37,795 nucleotides of DNA from Candidatus Nanoarchaeia archaeon (GTDB lineage Archaea > Nanobdellota > Nanobdellia > Woesearchaeales > JACQNA01). Made by a program: the position numbers and the translations under genes. The notes below the pieces were generated by a model. That model worked only from the letters and a program-made list of their open reading frames with translations. It had not been told where the DNA came from and ran no database searches. This document shows, one piece after another, positions 14,915 through 23,791 of this stretch. The stretch lies in contig DATDVW010000084.1 of assembly GCA_035289865.1 (NCBI GenBank), positions 1-37,795 on the forward strand, read 5' to 3'. Position 1 is the stretch's first letter. The number at the start of each line of letters is the position of its first letter.

Positions 14915-15664
14915 CTAGGCGGGCGTGAGCCTGGTCTTCCGGAGGTGGGGTGCGGCAGGCTTTTTCGCGGTATTCCAGAGGTAGGTGAATGTTTTCCTGT
15001 TGCTGCGGGTAACCGCCTCGTTCTCCACCAGGACGACAAAGAACGGCTCCGACCAGATGAAGAGCGCTGTTTTGTCCCCGTAGGTCCAGGTGGATATCCC
15101 GGAGATAAGCTCGCGGGGCAGTATCCGGTACTCCTCGGTCTTCGCGACCTTAAAATGCTGATCTGCCGGGCAGAGGAGCCTCCCCCTGATCCTTGCTTTT
15201 TCTATCTTCCTGAGCCACTGCAGGACGAAGATGGGTATCTCGGAGAAGTATTTCCCTACTTCCCCGATAAAGGTGTACGGGGCTCCGCTCCGTAACACGT
15301 CCCTCATGACCGTTTTCATGCCTTCTTTTCCCCGGTAGAGCTCCACCTTTGCCCGTCCGAGATCCCGGCCCTGCAGGGAGGTGAGTTCGGGTATTTTTTC
15401 CCTGAGCTCTTCGGCCCGCTCCTCGATTATCTCGGGGATCCTCCGGGGATCGACGGCGGAGAAGTATTTGACGTTGTCCTGGATGTTTTCCCCTACCAGG
15501 CCCTTATCGTGCAGGCTTGCCAAAAACCGGTAGACCGTCGTCCTTGCCGCGCCGAGGTCCTTGGATAAAAGGGTCGCTTTTGAGCTGCCTTTCCGCAAGA
15601 GGAGGAGGTAGATGCCTATCTCTTCCTCGGTCAGGCCGATCTTTCTCAGGGCTTCTTGGACCAT
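14915..15664 (-). CDS. TrmB-family transcriptional regulator
   Basis: It has an N-terminal wHTH (LGLTEEEIGIYLLLLRKGSSKATLLSKDLGAARTTVYRFLASLHDKGLV), and its C-terminal domain is paralogous to the gene at 37260-37795 (LYRGKEGMKTVMRDVL vs IYGGKEGMKSVMNDIL). Confidence 0.75.
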   Translation of the reverse strand: MVQEALRKIGLTEEEIGIYLLLLRKGSSKATLLSKDLGAARTTVYRFLASLHDKGLVGENIQDNVKYFSAVDPRRIPEIIEERAEELREKIPELTSLQGRDLGRAKVELYRGKEGMKTVMRDVLRSGAPYTFIGEVGKYFSEIPIFVLQWLRKIEKARIRGRLLCPADQHFKVAKTEEYRILPRELISGISTWTYGDKTALFIWSEPFFVVLVENEAVTRSNRKTFTYLWNTAKKPAAPHLRKTRLTPA

Positions 15665-15686
15665 GCCGTCGCTGGGGAGGCGCGGC

Positions 15687-15694
15687 TATATAAT
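15687..15694 (-). promoter_or_regulatory. TATA box (ATTATATA on the minus strand) for the TrmB gene
   Basis: It lies 23 nt upstream of the start at 15664. Confidence 0.45.
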
Positions 15695-15949
15695 GCTTTC
15701 TATTGTTGTCCACAGAGGACTACACACATTTAAGTAGGTGCGGGGTATACCGAAGATCGCGATAGGCCATATCGCGGAGGCAACCAGGATGCCAAAAGGA
15801 TTTAACCAAAAAGCGATAGAGGGGTTTACCCAGTGGATGGAGGCTATCCTGACAGAGTCGGGATTGCCGAAAAGCCAGGTAGAGACGAACACGGGAAGGA
15901 CAAGGACACTGCTTGCCAAGGGATTCCCTCAGGTGAGGAAGTAAAGGGT

Positions 15950-16180
15950 ATGGAAACCGAAACAAGGCTGTTCAAGATGATAGCTGTGCCTATAACAGAA
16001 GCAAATATCAGGATAGGCAAAGAGTACAACAGGCAAGCGCTGGAAGGGATGCTTAAGTTTCTAGAGGCATTATACGAGGATGTATTGCATGATGTCGAAA
16101 GTGAAGGTTTAGACCCTCTGGATGCGATAAAAAGCGAGCTCGCAGAGATTCATAGGCTAAAAGAAGCTTGGCTCCGGTAG
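15950..16180 (+). CDS. hypothetical small helical protein (76 aa)
   Basis: ATG 15950 follows GGTGAGGAAG. Translation is METETRLFKMIAVPITEANIRIGKEYNRQALEGMLKFLEALYEDVL.... I recognise no family. The upstream 15738-15944 frame (GTG start) is even less certain. Confidence 0.35.
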   Translation: METETRLFKMIAVPITEANIRIGKEYNRQALEGMLKFLEALYEDVLHDVESEGLDPLDAIKSELAEIHRLKEAWLR

Positions 16181-16220
16181 ATGGAGCGGATACGGGGCAG
16201 ATAAGAAATATCGATGGATA

Positions 16221-16607
16221 TCAGATCACTTCTTCCTCATCAAAGCCGCCGGCATCTTCCCCCCCGCCCTCTTCTGCCTGCGGAGGGGATTCCGGCTCCT
16301 TTTTCTGTGGCGCTGCGCCATGCTTCTCCACCGTGAGTTTGCCGAACCTTCCCGCGGATATCTGCAGCTCCCCCTGCCACTCGTTCACATACCCGTTCTC
16401 GATCGTGATCGTGTCCCCGGCGTTCACCTGGTCGATCTCATCGTTCCAGAGCGTCATGGATATCTCCCCGGTCGCATCCTTGATGCGGGCGTTGCATACC
16501 CTGCCTGCCTTCCCGAACTTCTGGAATTCGCGGACATCGCCCTTCTCAATGATGTCAGCGGTGATGGTGACATTTCCCTGCTTCGGCTTGAGGTCTTTGA
16601 TGGCCAT
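16221..16607 (-). CDS. OB-fold single-stranded nucleic-acid-binding protein (SSB/RPA-like) with acidic tail
   Basis: The 128-aa sequence has an OB-like pattern (GNVTITADIIEKGDVREFQKFGKAGRVCNARIKDATGEISMTLWNDEID...). It ends in a Gly/acidic tail (EEGGGEDAGGFDEEEVI), typical of SSB C-termini. Confidence 0.6.
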   Translation of the reverse strand: MAIKDLKPKQGNVTITADIIEKGDVREFQKFGKAGRVCNARIKDATGEISMTLWNDEIDQVNAGDTITIENGYVNEWQGELQISAGRFGKLTVEKHGAAPQKKEPESPPQAEEGGGEDAGGFDEEEVI

Positions 16608-16629
16608 ACAGGCAGGAATACATGGGGCA

Positions 16630-16638
16630 TTTATAAAT
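16630..16638 (-). promoter_or_regulatory. TATA box (TTTATAAA core) for the OB-fold gene
   Basis: It lies 23 nt upstream of the start at 16607. Confidence 0.5.
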
Positions 16639-16645
16639 ATTGTGC

Positions 16646-18145
16646 CTATTTCTGGAGTTCGGCGAACGGGATCTCCTGGCTGATCAGCTGCCGCAGGACG
16701 GCGGGCAGCTCGGCGATCTTGACGCGCACCTGCTGCGTCGTGTCCCGGTCCCGGATAGTGGCGTCTTTCTTCTGCAACGAGTCAAAATCTATGGTGATGC
16801 AGTACGGCGTCCCGATCTCATCCTGGCGGGCGTATCTCCTGCCGATGCTCCCGGACTTGTCGAAGAAGACCGTGAAATGCTGCCGGAGATGCTCGGCGAT
16901 CTGCCGGGCATCGGTGATGAGCTTGTTCACCAGGGGGAAGACAGCGACCTGCACCGGAGCCAGCCTGCTGTCCAGGTGGAGCACCACATTGCCCCGCTCC
17001 TTGCTGTCCTCGTAGGCATCAAACAGGAATGCAAGCAGCGCGCGCTCTATCCCCTGCGACGGCTCTGAGGCGACCAGAGGGATGATCTTCTCCCTGCGCT
17101 CCTCCTGGAACACGGTCAGGTCTGACTGGGCGTGCTGCATGTGCTGCTTCAGGTCATACGCCCCCCGGTCCGCGTTGCCGTGGATCTCCTTCCAGCCGAA
17201 AGGGAACCGGTACTCGATGTCGAAGCAGCTCAAGGCGTAATGCGCGAGCTCATCCTTCAGGTGCTCCCGGATCCTGAGGTTCTCTTTCCTGATGCCGTGG
17301 AGGAGGAACCACTGGTGGAACTGCGCCAGCCAGTACAGCTGCCAGGGATTCCCGAGCTTCTGCTGGTGCATCTGCTTGATGGTGAGTGAAGCGTGCTCCT
17401 GCTTCTCCCGCTGCATCTCCGCAGTCAGCACCTGCACCTCCAGCTCCAGGGCGTCTTTCAGGAGGTCGTCATGGTGCAGCTGGCCGGGGTCCACAAAGAA
17501 CTCCAGCTCGAACTGCTCAAATTCCCTGCTGCGGAAGAGAAAATCCCTCGGCGATATCTCGTTGCGGAACGCCTTGCCGAGCTGCGCGATCCCGAAGGGA
17601 AGCTTCATCCGGTTGTGCTCCATCACCAGGGCAAAGTTCGGGAAGATGGACTGGGCGGTTTCCGGCCGGAGGTACGCGGTGAAGCCCGATGCCGGGCCGA
17701 CAGCCGTGGAGAACATGAGGTTGAAGGCATGGGCGCTGCCGAATGCGCCGCCGCATTTCTCGCAGCTCAGCTTGTGTTTCTTGAGCAGGCCGGCGATCTG
17801 CTGGGGGCTCATCCCCTCTGCGGAGATGCCCTTGTCCTGGAGGAAGAGGTCTGCCCGGGTGCGGTGGCCGCACTTCTTGCAGGGAAGCAGGAGGTCGGTG
17901 AACGATTCCAGGTGCCCGGATGCCTTCCAGACCAGGGGATTCGTGATGATGCTGCCGTCAATCCCCACAATATCCTCGCGCCGCAGCACAAATGACCTCC
18001 AGAGCTCCTGCTTGACGGCGTTTTTTAGTCCCACTCCGAGATGCCCGAAATCCCAGAAGCCTGCAATGCCTCCATAGATGTCCGCAGAGGGGTATACAAA
18101 TCCCTTTCTCCGGCAGAATGCCGCCATGTCCTCTATGGAAAGCAT
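16646..18145 (-). CDS. glyS: glycine--tRNA ligase (archaeal/eukaryotic dimeric type)
   Basis: MLSIEDMAAFCRRKGFVYPSADIYGGIAGFWDFGHLG, YLRPETAQSIF, FRNEISPR and the C-terminal anticodon-binding region (VAVFPLV...IGRRYARQDEIGTPYCITID) are classic class II GlyRS motifs. The start is set at ATG 18145, 23 nt downstream of a TATA box. Confidence 0.9.
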   Translation of the reverse strand: MLSIEDMAAFCRRKGFVYPSADIYGGIAGFWDFGHLGVGLKNAVKQELWRSFVLRREDIVGIDGSIITNPLVWKASGHLESFTDLLLPCKKCGHRTRADLFLQDKGISAEGMSPQQIAGLLKKHKLSCEKCGGAFGSAHAFNLMFSTAVGPASGFTAYLRPETAQSIFPNFALVMEHNRMKLPFGIAQLGKAFRNEISPRDFLFRSREFEQFELEFFVDPGQLHHDDLLKDALELEVQVLTAEMQREKQEHASLTIKQMHQQKLGNPWQLYWLAQFHQWFLLHGIRKENLRIREHLKDELAHYALSCFDIEYRFPFGWKEIHGNADRGAYDLKQHMQHAQSDLTVFQEERREKIIPLVASEPSQGIERALLAFLFDAYEDSKERGNVVLHLDSRLAPVQVAVFPLVNKLITDARQIAEHLRQHFTVFFDKSGSIGRRYARQDEIGTPYCITIDFDSLQKKDATIRDRDTTQQVRVKIAELPAVLRQLISQEIPFAELQK

Positions 18146-18167
18146 AGGGAAAAGATGAGGCGCATGA

Positions 18168-18175
18168 TTTATAAA
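18168..18175 (-). promoter_or_regulatory. TATA box TTTATAAA for glyS
   Basis: It lies 23 nt upstream of ATG 18145. This supports the shorter start over 18199. Confidence 0.5.
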
Positions 18176-18201
18176 GTTTGTTAATGCCAAGAAGAACACC
18201 T

Positions 18202-18706
18202 ATGGAACCAGTGCTGTTAGGAATCATCATTATCCGCCTGCTCGTTCCGTTAATTATTCTGCGCTGGCCGTTGGGGGGGTATTGCCTCTCTCCTCGCTGA
18301 TGCAGTTGATTACATAATCTTCGATTTGACTATCGGTGTGCCGCAGTATTACCAGCGGCTGGATAAGGGAATGGATCTCTATTATCTCAGTATTGAATGG
18401 CTTGTTTCTATACGGTGGATAGGCTTTACAAGAATAATCAGCTCAACGCTGTATTTCTATCGGGCGATCGGTATAGTGCTTTTTGAGGCAACCAATGCGC
18501 AGGTTTTGTTTTTAATATTCCCGAACGTATTCGAGTATGTTTTCCTGTTTGAGTCATTCCGACAGCGGTTTTGTCAGCGTTGGAAAGTAACTGCAAAGCA
18601 ATATGTAGTGCTGGTGCTGGTCATCGCTGTCGTCAAGATTATTCATGAGTATATCATCCATATGACACCGTTCTTATCCTTTCCTTGGTGGAGGTTAATT
18701 ATTTGA
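18202..18706 (+). pseudogene. membrane protein gene interrupted at (or slipping across) a G7 homopolymer
   Basis: ATG 18202 opens MEPVLLGIIIIRLLVPLIILRWPLGG. After the G7 run at 18273-18279 the sensible continuation (IASLLADAVDYIIFDLTIGVPQYYQRL..., which is ORF 18326-18706) is in the +1 frame. The original frame stops 6 codons later. Confidence 0.4.
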
Positions 18707-19133
18707 GAACTGACTTACTCTCTGGCGGCGCCTCAGGGGAGAATAGCGCATCCAATGACCAGCGCCGGGCTCCCGCAAAGAAGAAGGTAAGCGCCATGCC
18801 TAGGTAGAGCATATCCAGCTCTATCCTGCCCAGGCCCGCTCCCTGTTTCACCACGAAGATGATAATCAGGAATTCAATGATTAGGGCAAGGGATACTAAC
18901 CTCGTCAGCAGGCCGACAATCAGGAATGCGCCGCCGACCAGCTCCAGCAAGGTCACCGCCCATGCCCAGAATATCGCCGGAGCAAAGCCAGTGTTCGCAA
19001 CCATACCGGTGGCGAAACCCGCAACCCCCCCAATAATCTTGCCGTAGCCGTGGTACATCAGGCCGATGCCGAACGCCAGCCGGATCCAGATCAGGGCGTA
19101 CTTTGCATACGGCTTCATCCATCGGTTGAGCAT
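18699..19133 (-). CDS. DoxX-family membrane protein
   Basis: It is 144 aa with 4 TM helices. LAFGIGLMYHGYGKI and LLELVGGAFLIVGLLTRL are typical DoxX signatures. Confidence 0.7.
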   Translation of the reverse strand: MLNRWMKPYAKYALIWIRLAFGIGLMYHGYGKIIGGVAGFATGMVANTGFAPAIFWAWAVTLLELVGGAFLIVGLLTRLVSLALIIEFLIIIFVVKQGAGLGRIELDMLYLGMALTFFFAGARRWSLDALFSPEAPPESKSVLK

Positions 19134-19154
19134 GGATGGGTAAAAGGGATGCTG

Positions 19155-19162
19155 TTTTTAAA
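19155..19162 (-). promoter_or_regulatory. TATA-like box (TTTTTAAA) for the DoxX gene
   Basis: It lies 22 nt upstream of the start at 19133. Confidence 0.4.
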
Positions 19163-19188
19163 GATTATTCTTCTCCAGCAGATATATG

Positions 19189-20280
19189 CTAGATCTCCCT
19201 GAACCGCTGGCTGTAGATGATCTTCCGCAGCAGCCAGGGCAGCGTGCCGGTCAGCAGGCGCTTGCCCATGGTCATCGCCGCGCGCCTGCCGTCCAGCAGG
19301 AAGATAAACCCCTTTTCCCGGAAAGAGGTTAGCGGATGGAGGGGCAGGTGGCGCAGGAGCGCCGTCATGTTCACCGCAGCGGCATGCGCCTGTATCCGGG
19401 TGAACTGCGCGCTGGCAGGGTGCTGCTCCAGCAGCGCATTGGTCGCGCAGTCGCCGATGGCAAAGGCCTCTGGATAGCCGGGAAGCTGCAGGGACGCGTT
19501 GACCAGGTATTTGCCGCCGTTCAGTGGGGTTTCAGGCGAGCTCGGGATGGTATTGGGCGCGATGCCCGCAGTCCAGATGATGATGTCAGCGGGGATGTGC
19601 TTGCCTGATGCCGTGGACAATCCGCTCTCCCTGGCGCGGACAGCCTGCTCGTTCGCCAGCACTCGGATCCCCAGCCGGGAAAGCCTGCCGAGGACATGCG
19701 CGACCAGCTTCTGGTCCATGCCGGGAAGGATGCTCTGCCCGGACTGGATGATGCTGATGGAAGTCTGCCCCTGCCGCTTCCGGAAATAATCGGACAGGCC
19801 GAATGCCAGCTCTGTCCCGGTATATCCGCCGCCGACAATAGCAATGGCGATCTGCTGCTGTAGCCTGTTGAGCTGCTCCAGGCGCCGCCGCAGCTCCTGC
19901 ATATCCCCATAGCTCTTGAGGGTATAGCAGTGCTCCGCAGCCCCGGGCACCCCGAAGAAATTCGTCGTGCTGCCTGGCGCAAGCAGCAGGTAGTCATACG
20001 GTACCGTCCGGGAGGCGGTGATCACCTGCTTCTTCCGGAGGTCTATCCTCCGTGCAGCCTCGGTGATAATGGTGGTATGCGGCAGGCGAAGCTGCGCCAG
20101 GGGCTTCATCGCCTGGTGCCGGGGGATGTCTCCCCGGAAATGCTCGATCAGGCGGGGGGTGAAGAGGAAATGGTCACGGGAGGTGATAAGCGTATACCGG
20201 GTGCCGGCCGGAGCGTGCCGCTGCATCCGCCGCAGGAACAGCATCCCGCCGAAGCCAGAGCCGATGACAACAATCTCCAT
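19189..20280 (-). CDS. FAD/NAD(P)-dependent oxidoreductase, type II NADH dehydrogenase-like
   Basis: It has two dinucleotide folds, MEIVVIGSGFGGM and IAIVGGGYTGTELA, plus a C-terminal FAIGDCA motif. The start is 1 nt after the rfcL stop, so the two are probably co-transcribed. Confidence 0.75.
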   Translation of the reverse strand: MEIVVIGSGFGGMLFLRRMQRHAPAGTRYTLITSRDHFLFTPRLIEHFRGDIPRHQAMKPLAQLRLPHTTIITEAARRIDLRKKQVITASRTVPYDYLLLAPGSTTNFFGVPGAAEHCYTLKSYGDMQELRRRLEQLNRLQQQIAIAIVGGGYTGTELAFGLSDYFRKRQGQTSISIIQSGQSILPGMDQKLVAHVLGRLSRLGIRVLANEQAVRARESGLSTASGKHIPADIIIWTAGIAPNTIPSSPETPLNGGKYLVNASLQLPGYPEAFAIGDCATNALLEQHPASAQFTRIQAHAAAVNMTALLRHLPLHPLTSFREKGFIFLLDGRRAAMTMGKRLLTGTLPWLLRKIIYSQRFREI

Positions 20281-20281
20281 C

Positions 20282-21478
20282 TCAGTGCTGCAGCCACGCA
20301 GCCTCCTCCTGGTTCAGGTCAAGCTCAGCGGTGATGGCCCGCCGCTGCTGTGCAGGGACAGCCCACGCCTTGAGGTAGGGGATATGCTGGACCGCATCGC
20401 GGAAGGATGTATGGGTGGCGTCCGCCAGCTTCTCGGCGATGGCCTTCCGCTTGAGGTATTTCATATTGGCCCGCCAGATTGCCAGAAGGCGGGTGGTGGG
20501 GGTGTACTGCACGAATGCCGGGTACCTCTGCTGCTTCGCGGCGGCGACACCGCTGGTCATGAGGGCATCCACATAGACCATGAAGCGCCAGTGCTGCCAG
20601 CGCCGGATCCTCCGGGAGAACACGTCTGCCTTGCTCAGGGAGTCGTATGCGGCAGCCAGGTCAGCCGGCTTGGTGTACTCTTTCGGCAGGTTTTCGTCAA
20701 TCCACAGCAGAATCTTGTCCCCGTCCTCTTCCACATGCGCGAACGCGTCGCGCGCGATCGTGATGTCGGTCGTCTTGAGCACCTTCACCAGGGCCTGCTT
20801 TATGCTCTCAGTCTTATGCCGGTCTCCGAGCTCGTCCAGCGATTCCCGGGTGATGCTCCCGCCGCTGCTCAGGACCTGGAGATCGTTGATGGCGCTGCGC
20901 ACGTCGCCGCCGCTCCTCCTGGCCAGCGCCTGCAGGACCTCTGCATGGTAGGATATCCGCTCGGCGTCGCATATCCGCTTGAGGATGGGAAAGAGCGCTG
21001 CCGGGGAGACCTCCCGGAACTCGATCATCTCGCAGCACGATCTGAGGGAGGAGTATTTGGAGTCCCAGGGATTGGTGATGGTGAGCAGCATCGGGAACCC
21101 GCTCTGCCGGATCAGCTGCACGAGCGCCGGCAATCCCCCCCGGTCGTCATGCGAGAGGCCGTCGACCTCATCGATCAGGATGACCTTTCCCGTGCAGAAG
21201 AGGCTCTGCTGGTGGATGACCGCGCCTACTCTGGTCTCGATCTCTTCCCGGTTGCGGACATCAGAGGCATTGATCTCAAAGAGCTCGTATCCCAGGTCAT
21301 GCGCAAGGGCATGGCAGAGGGCGGTCTTGCCTATTCCTGAGGGCCCGTACAGCAGCAGCCCCTTCCTCTTCTGCCGGGCATGCTGCTGGATGTACTGGGA
21401 AACAAAAGCGACCTGGCTCTCCTGGCCGACGATCTCCGCAGCGGTTTTCGGCTGGTATTTCTTGATCCAGGGAAGCAT
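20282..21478 (-). CDS. rfcL: replication factor C large subunit
   Basis: Motifs are WIKKYQPKTAAEIVGQE, Walker A LLYGPSGIGKTAL, INASDVRN and Walker B ILIDEVDGL. The AAA+ clamp-loader layout follows the large-subunit pattern. At 398 aa it is short. Confidence 0.8.
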   Translation of the reverse strand: MLPWIKKYQPKTAAEIVGQESQVAFVSQYIQQHARQKRKGLLLYGPSGIGKTALCHALAHDLGYELFEINASDVRNREEIETRVGAVIHQQSLFCTGKVILIDEVDGLSHDDRGGLPALVQLIRQSGFPMLLTITNPWDSKYSSLRSCCEMIEFREVSPAALFPILKRICDAERISYHAEVLQALARRSGGDVRSAINDLQVLSSGGSITRESLDELGDRHKTESIKQALVKVLKTTDITIARDAFAHVEEDGDKILLWIDENLPKEYTKPADLAAAYDSLSKADVFSRRIRRWQHWRFMVYVDALMTSGVAAAKQQRYPAFVQYTPTTRLLAIWRANMKYLKRKAIAEKLADATHTSFRDAVQHIPYLKAWAVPAQQRRAITAELDLNQEEAAWLQH

Positions 21479-21499
21479 GAAGGCAGAAGGAAAAGAATG

Positions 21500-21507
21500 T
21501 TTATAAT
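21500..21507 (-). promoter_or_regulatory. TATA box (TTTATAAT) for the rfcL operon
   Basis: It lies 22 nt upstream of the start at 21478. Confidence 0.45.
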
Positions 21508-21541
21508 GGTTGCGTTTGGGAAAAGTGAGTGCATTATCGTC

Positions 21542-23692
21542 TTATTTCGGGTGAGCATGCAGATGAAGCAGCTCATCAAAGGAAACAATGCCTGTTGGGA
21601 ATGACCCGGTGATAATGTTCTTCGCCCTCCTCTCGCTGATAAGGAGTTGTAAACGCCCTCGTTTATCTTCGTTTATCCCGCCTTTCTTGGCTAATTCCCT
21701 GACCGCAGCGACATAATCTGCTCCGACCGCCTCGTTCCATAATCGTCGCAACGTCCTCCCTAATGCAGCCCTGTTTGCACGAGAGATCTCATCTGCTCCT
21801 TCCGGGTGGCTTAATGACCATCTGATCCCTTCATCCCAATTGAACATCCTCTGGTGATAGACAGTGTTATGGGTATAAGTTCTGAACGGCGTGGGCACCA
21901 TATCAAATAACGCAGTAGTCCTTGCATCAAGTTCTGTTGAGCCATTAATTTTTTCATAAGGCAGGTTAAATTCAAGATCTCCCGCATCAGGAGTGAGGTG
22001 CAGCTCATGATCATACGCCTCAGCAGCTTTAACCTCGCCATTTACCCGTATCATCTTCCGATCGTCTCTCGGGATAACGAGCCTGGTCGCTTTGTAGGTT
22101 CCAATATGTCTTGCGTTGTCCCTGAGCCAATTGAGGGATGAAGTTGATGAATGTATGTAATAGTTGATGAAGTCGTCTCTTCCCCTGCCCTGATAATCTT
22201 TTTTTGGCGGCGGAAAGCCGGTGAGGAGGAAGGCGTGGGGATATATTCCACTGCTGAACATCGCCGCAAACAGGTCGGAATCTGTTGCAGATTTTCTGCC
22301 TTTCCTCATGCTCTTCAGAGTTTCTTCATCATGGCTCTCTACGCCGATCTGGAGAAACTTGAAATATTTACCGATTTTTGCCAGTGCTCCCCTGTCTATT
22401 TGTCCCTGAGCGGTCAACTGGTCAGTCCGGGTATAACCCTCAATAGCTGCTTCTAATCCCCTTGTTCTGAGCTCCTCGCTTAAGAAAAGCATAAATTCTC
22501 TGCTTAAAGTTTCGTTGCCAAAACTGAAGACAGTTGATCCATATCTCTTTTGATAAAATGTGATGTCTTCTGCAACCTTTCTGGGGGAGCGCGCCAATTT
22601 AGAGTTCGGCCTATTGTTCGCGCTCATGATCGTACAAAAATCACAGCCTCCAGCAAAAGGGCATCCTCTTTGGGTGTACAGGGAGATGACGGGGGAGGGT
22701 GTCCAGAACACGTTTGCCCTTCCTTCAAGGTCGGTGAAAATGCCGTCAAAATCAGGTCTCGGCAGCATATCCATGTCTAAAGAAGGAAGGTTCTGGCCAT
22801 CAAAGGTATAAACAACTCTTCCATTTCCGTCAAGAGAGATAACTTGGTTAATGCCCTGAAAACCAGCATTTTTTTGTATTCTTTGCAGAACCTCCTTCAG
22901 AGGGACCTCTCCTTCATGAGTGATGATAGCGTCAACATAGGTGAAGAGCTGCCGATTTAATGCATCGTCCTGGCTGAGGATATTGTTGAATCGCGTTAAA
23001 TAGTTTCCGCCCCAGACGACCTTTATGCCCGGATTTTCTTGCTTGATCATTGCAGAAAGCAGGGCGGTCGGTAAGATCTGGTCCGGTAAAAAGACAGAGA
23101 AGGCGACAAGATCATATTTTCCCCGTTGGATATGGGGGATCACCACGTCCTGATAGAACTGATAAAAGAGGTTATCTTCCCTATGCTGTTCCCCGACGGA
23201 TTCAAGAACTGATGCCCTCTGGTAAGAAGGGCGTTCTGACACATAAGTAAAAGTGTTCCCCCGCAATCGGATGGACTCTTTTTGTAAGTTGCGTTCTTGC
23301 CGATGGGAGAAGGCTATCCGGTCAAGAGCAGTCTCTAAGGTTTTATGATGCTGGATAAAGCGAGCGACGTCCCGGTAGGCGGAAATGTTTTGCTGTGCTG
23401 CGTATGCTTCCCTCATTCTTTCAGCTTCTTCCGGGGAGAACCGGCTGCTGAGCTGCTCCGGGCTAAAGGCGTATGCGTAATAAATGGCATCAAGATCTTT
23501 TATGGTAGTATGGGTATTTGGCAGAGTTTGGCCTAAATATCCCTTGAGGTAAGGCAACGCGCAATGGGGGGCGGTAGGGGGATGTGACTGGGGGCAGGCA
23601 GCCAGGAAGATGTTGAGGCTTATCTGGCTATCTGTCGTAAAGTACGGTTCCTGATTTCCGGGTGCCAGAGATTGTTGCTCCATTGTTATCAC
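21542..23692 (-). CDS. B12-binding-domain (class B-like) radical SAM protein, 716 aa
   Basis: A Rossmann-like cobalamin-domain region (YDLVAFSVFLPDQILPTALL...VVWGG) precedes the radical SAM core RGCPFAGGCDFC (22634-22663) and the downstream FSFGNETL and LQIGVESHD elements. It has a long N-terminal extension and a long C-terminal domain. The start is either GTG 23692 or ATG 23683. Confidence 0.7.
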   Translation of the reverse strand: MITMEQQSLAPGNQEPYFTTDSQISLNIFLAACPQSHPPTAPHCALPYLKGYLGQTLPNTHTTIKDLDAIYYAYAFSPEQLSSRFSPEEAERMREAYAAQQNISAYRDVARFIQHHKTLETALDRIAFSHRQERNLQKESIRLRGNTFTYVSERPSYQRASVLESVGEQHREDNLFYQFYQDVVIPHIQRGKYDLVAFSVFLPDQILPTALLSAMIKQENPGIKVVWGGNYLTRFNNILSQDDALNRQLFTYVDAIITHEGEVPLKEVLQRIQKNAGFQGINQVISLDGNGRVVYTFDGQNLPSLDMDMLPRPDFDGIFTDLEGRANVFWTPSPVISLYTQRGCPFAGGCDFCTIMSANNRPNSKLARSPRKVAEDITFYQKRYGSTVFSFGNETLSREFMLFLSEELRTRGLEAAIEGYTRTDQLTAQGQIDRGALAKIGKYFKFLQIGVESHDEETLKSMRKGRKSATDSDLFAAMFSSGIYPHAFLLTGFPPPKKDYQGRGRDDFINYYIHSSTSSLNWLRDNARHIGTYKATRLVIPRDDRKMIRVNGEVKAAEAYDHELHLTPDAGDLEFNLPYEKINGSTELDARTTALFDMVPTPFRTYTHNTVYHQRMFNWDEGIRWSLSHPEGADEISRANRAALGRTLRRLWNEAVGADYVAAVRELAKKGGINEDKRGRLQLLISERRAKNIITGSFPTGIVSFDELLHLHAHPK

Positions 23693-23791
23693 CCTTCAGT
23701 AATTTCGTTATAGGTATATATAGAACATTGTAGAGAATATTTTAACATAATAACAATATTTAAATAGTAAACGTAGTTATAGTAATATTAT

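Noticed and set aside
20018-21340. Long ORFs lie antisense to GC-rich genes: 20018-21340, 28564-29670, 31353-32357, 11973-12905, 13098-13772, 4952-5782, 17292-18077, 36520-37386 and 560-1345.
   Set aside because: They lie opposite genes with unmistakable family motifs (RFC, ValRS, CysRS, platform, ATPase, GlyRS, Nop5). Their translations are Arg/Ala/Pro/Gly-rich and low in complexity. This is typical of stop-poor antisense frames in about 60% GC DNA.
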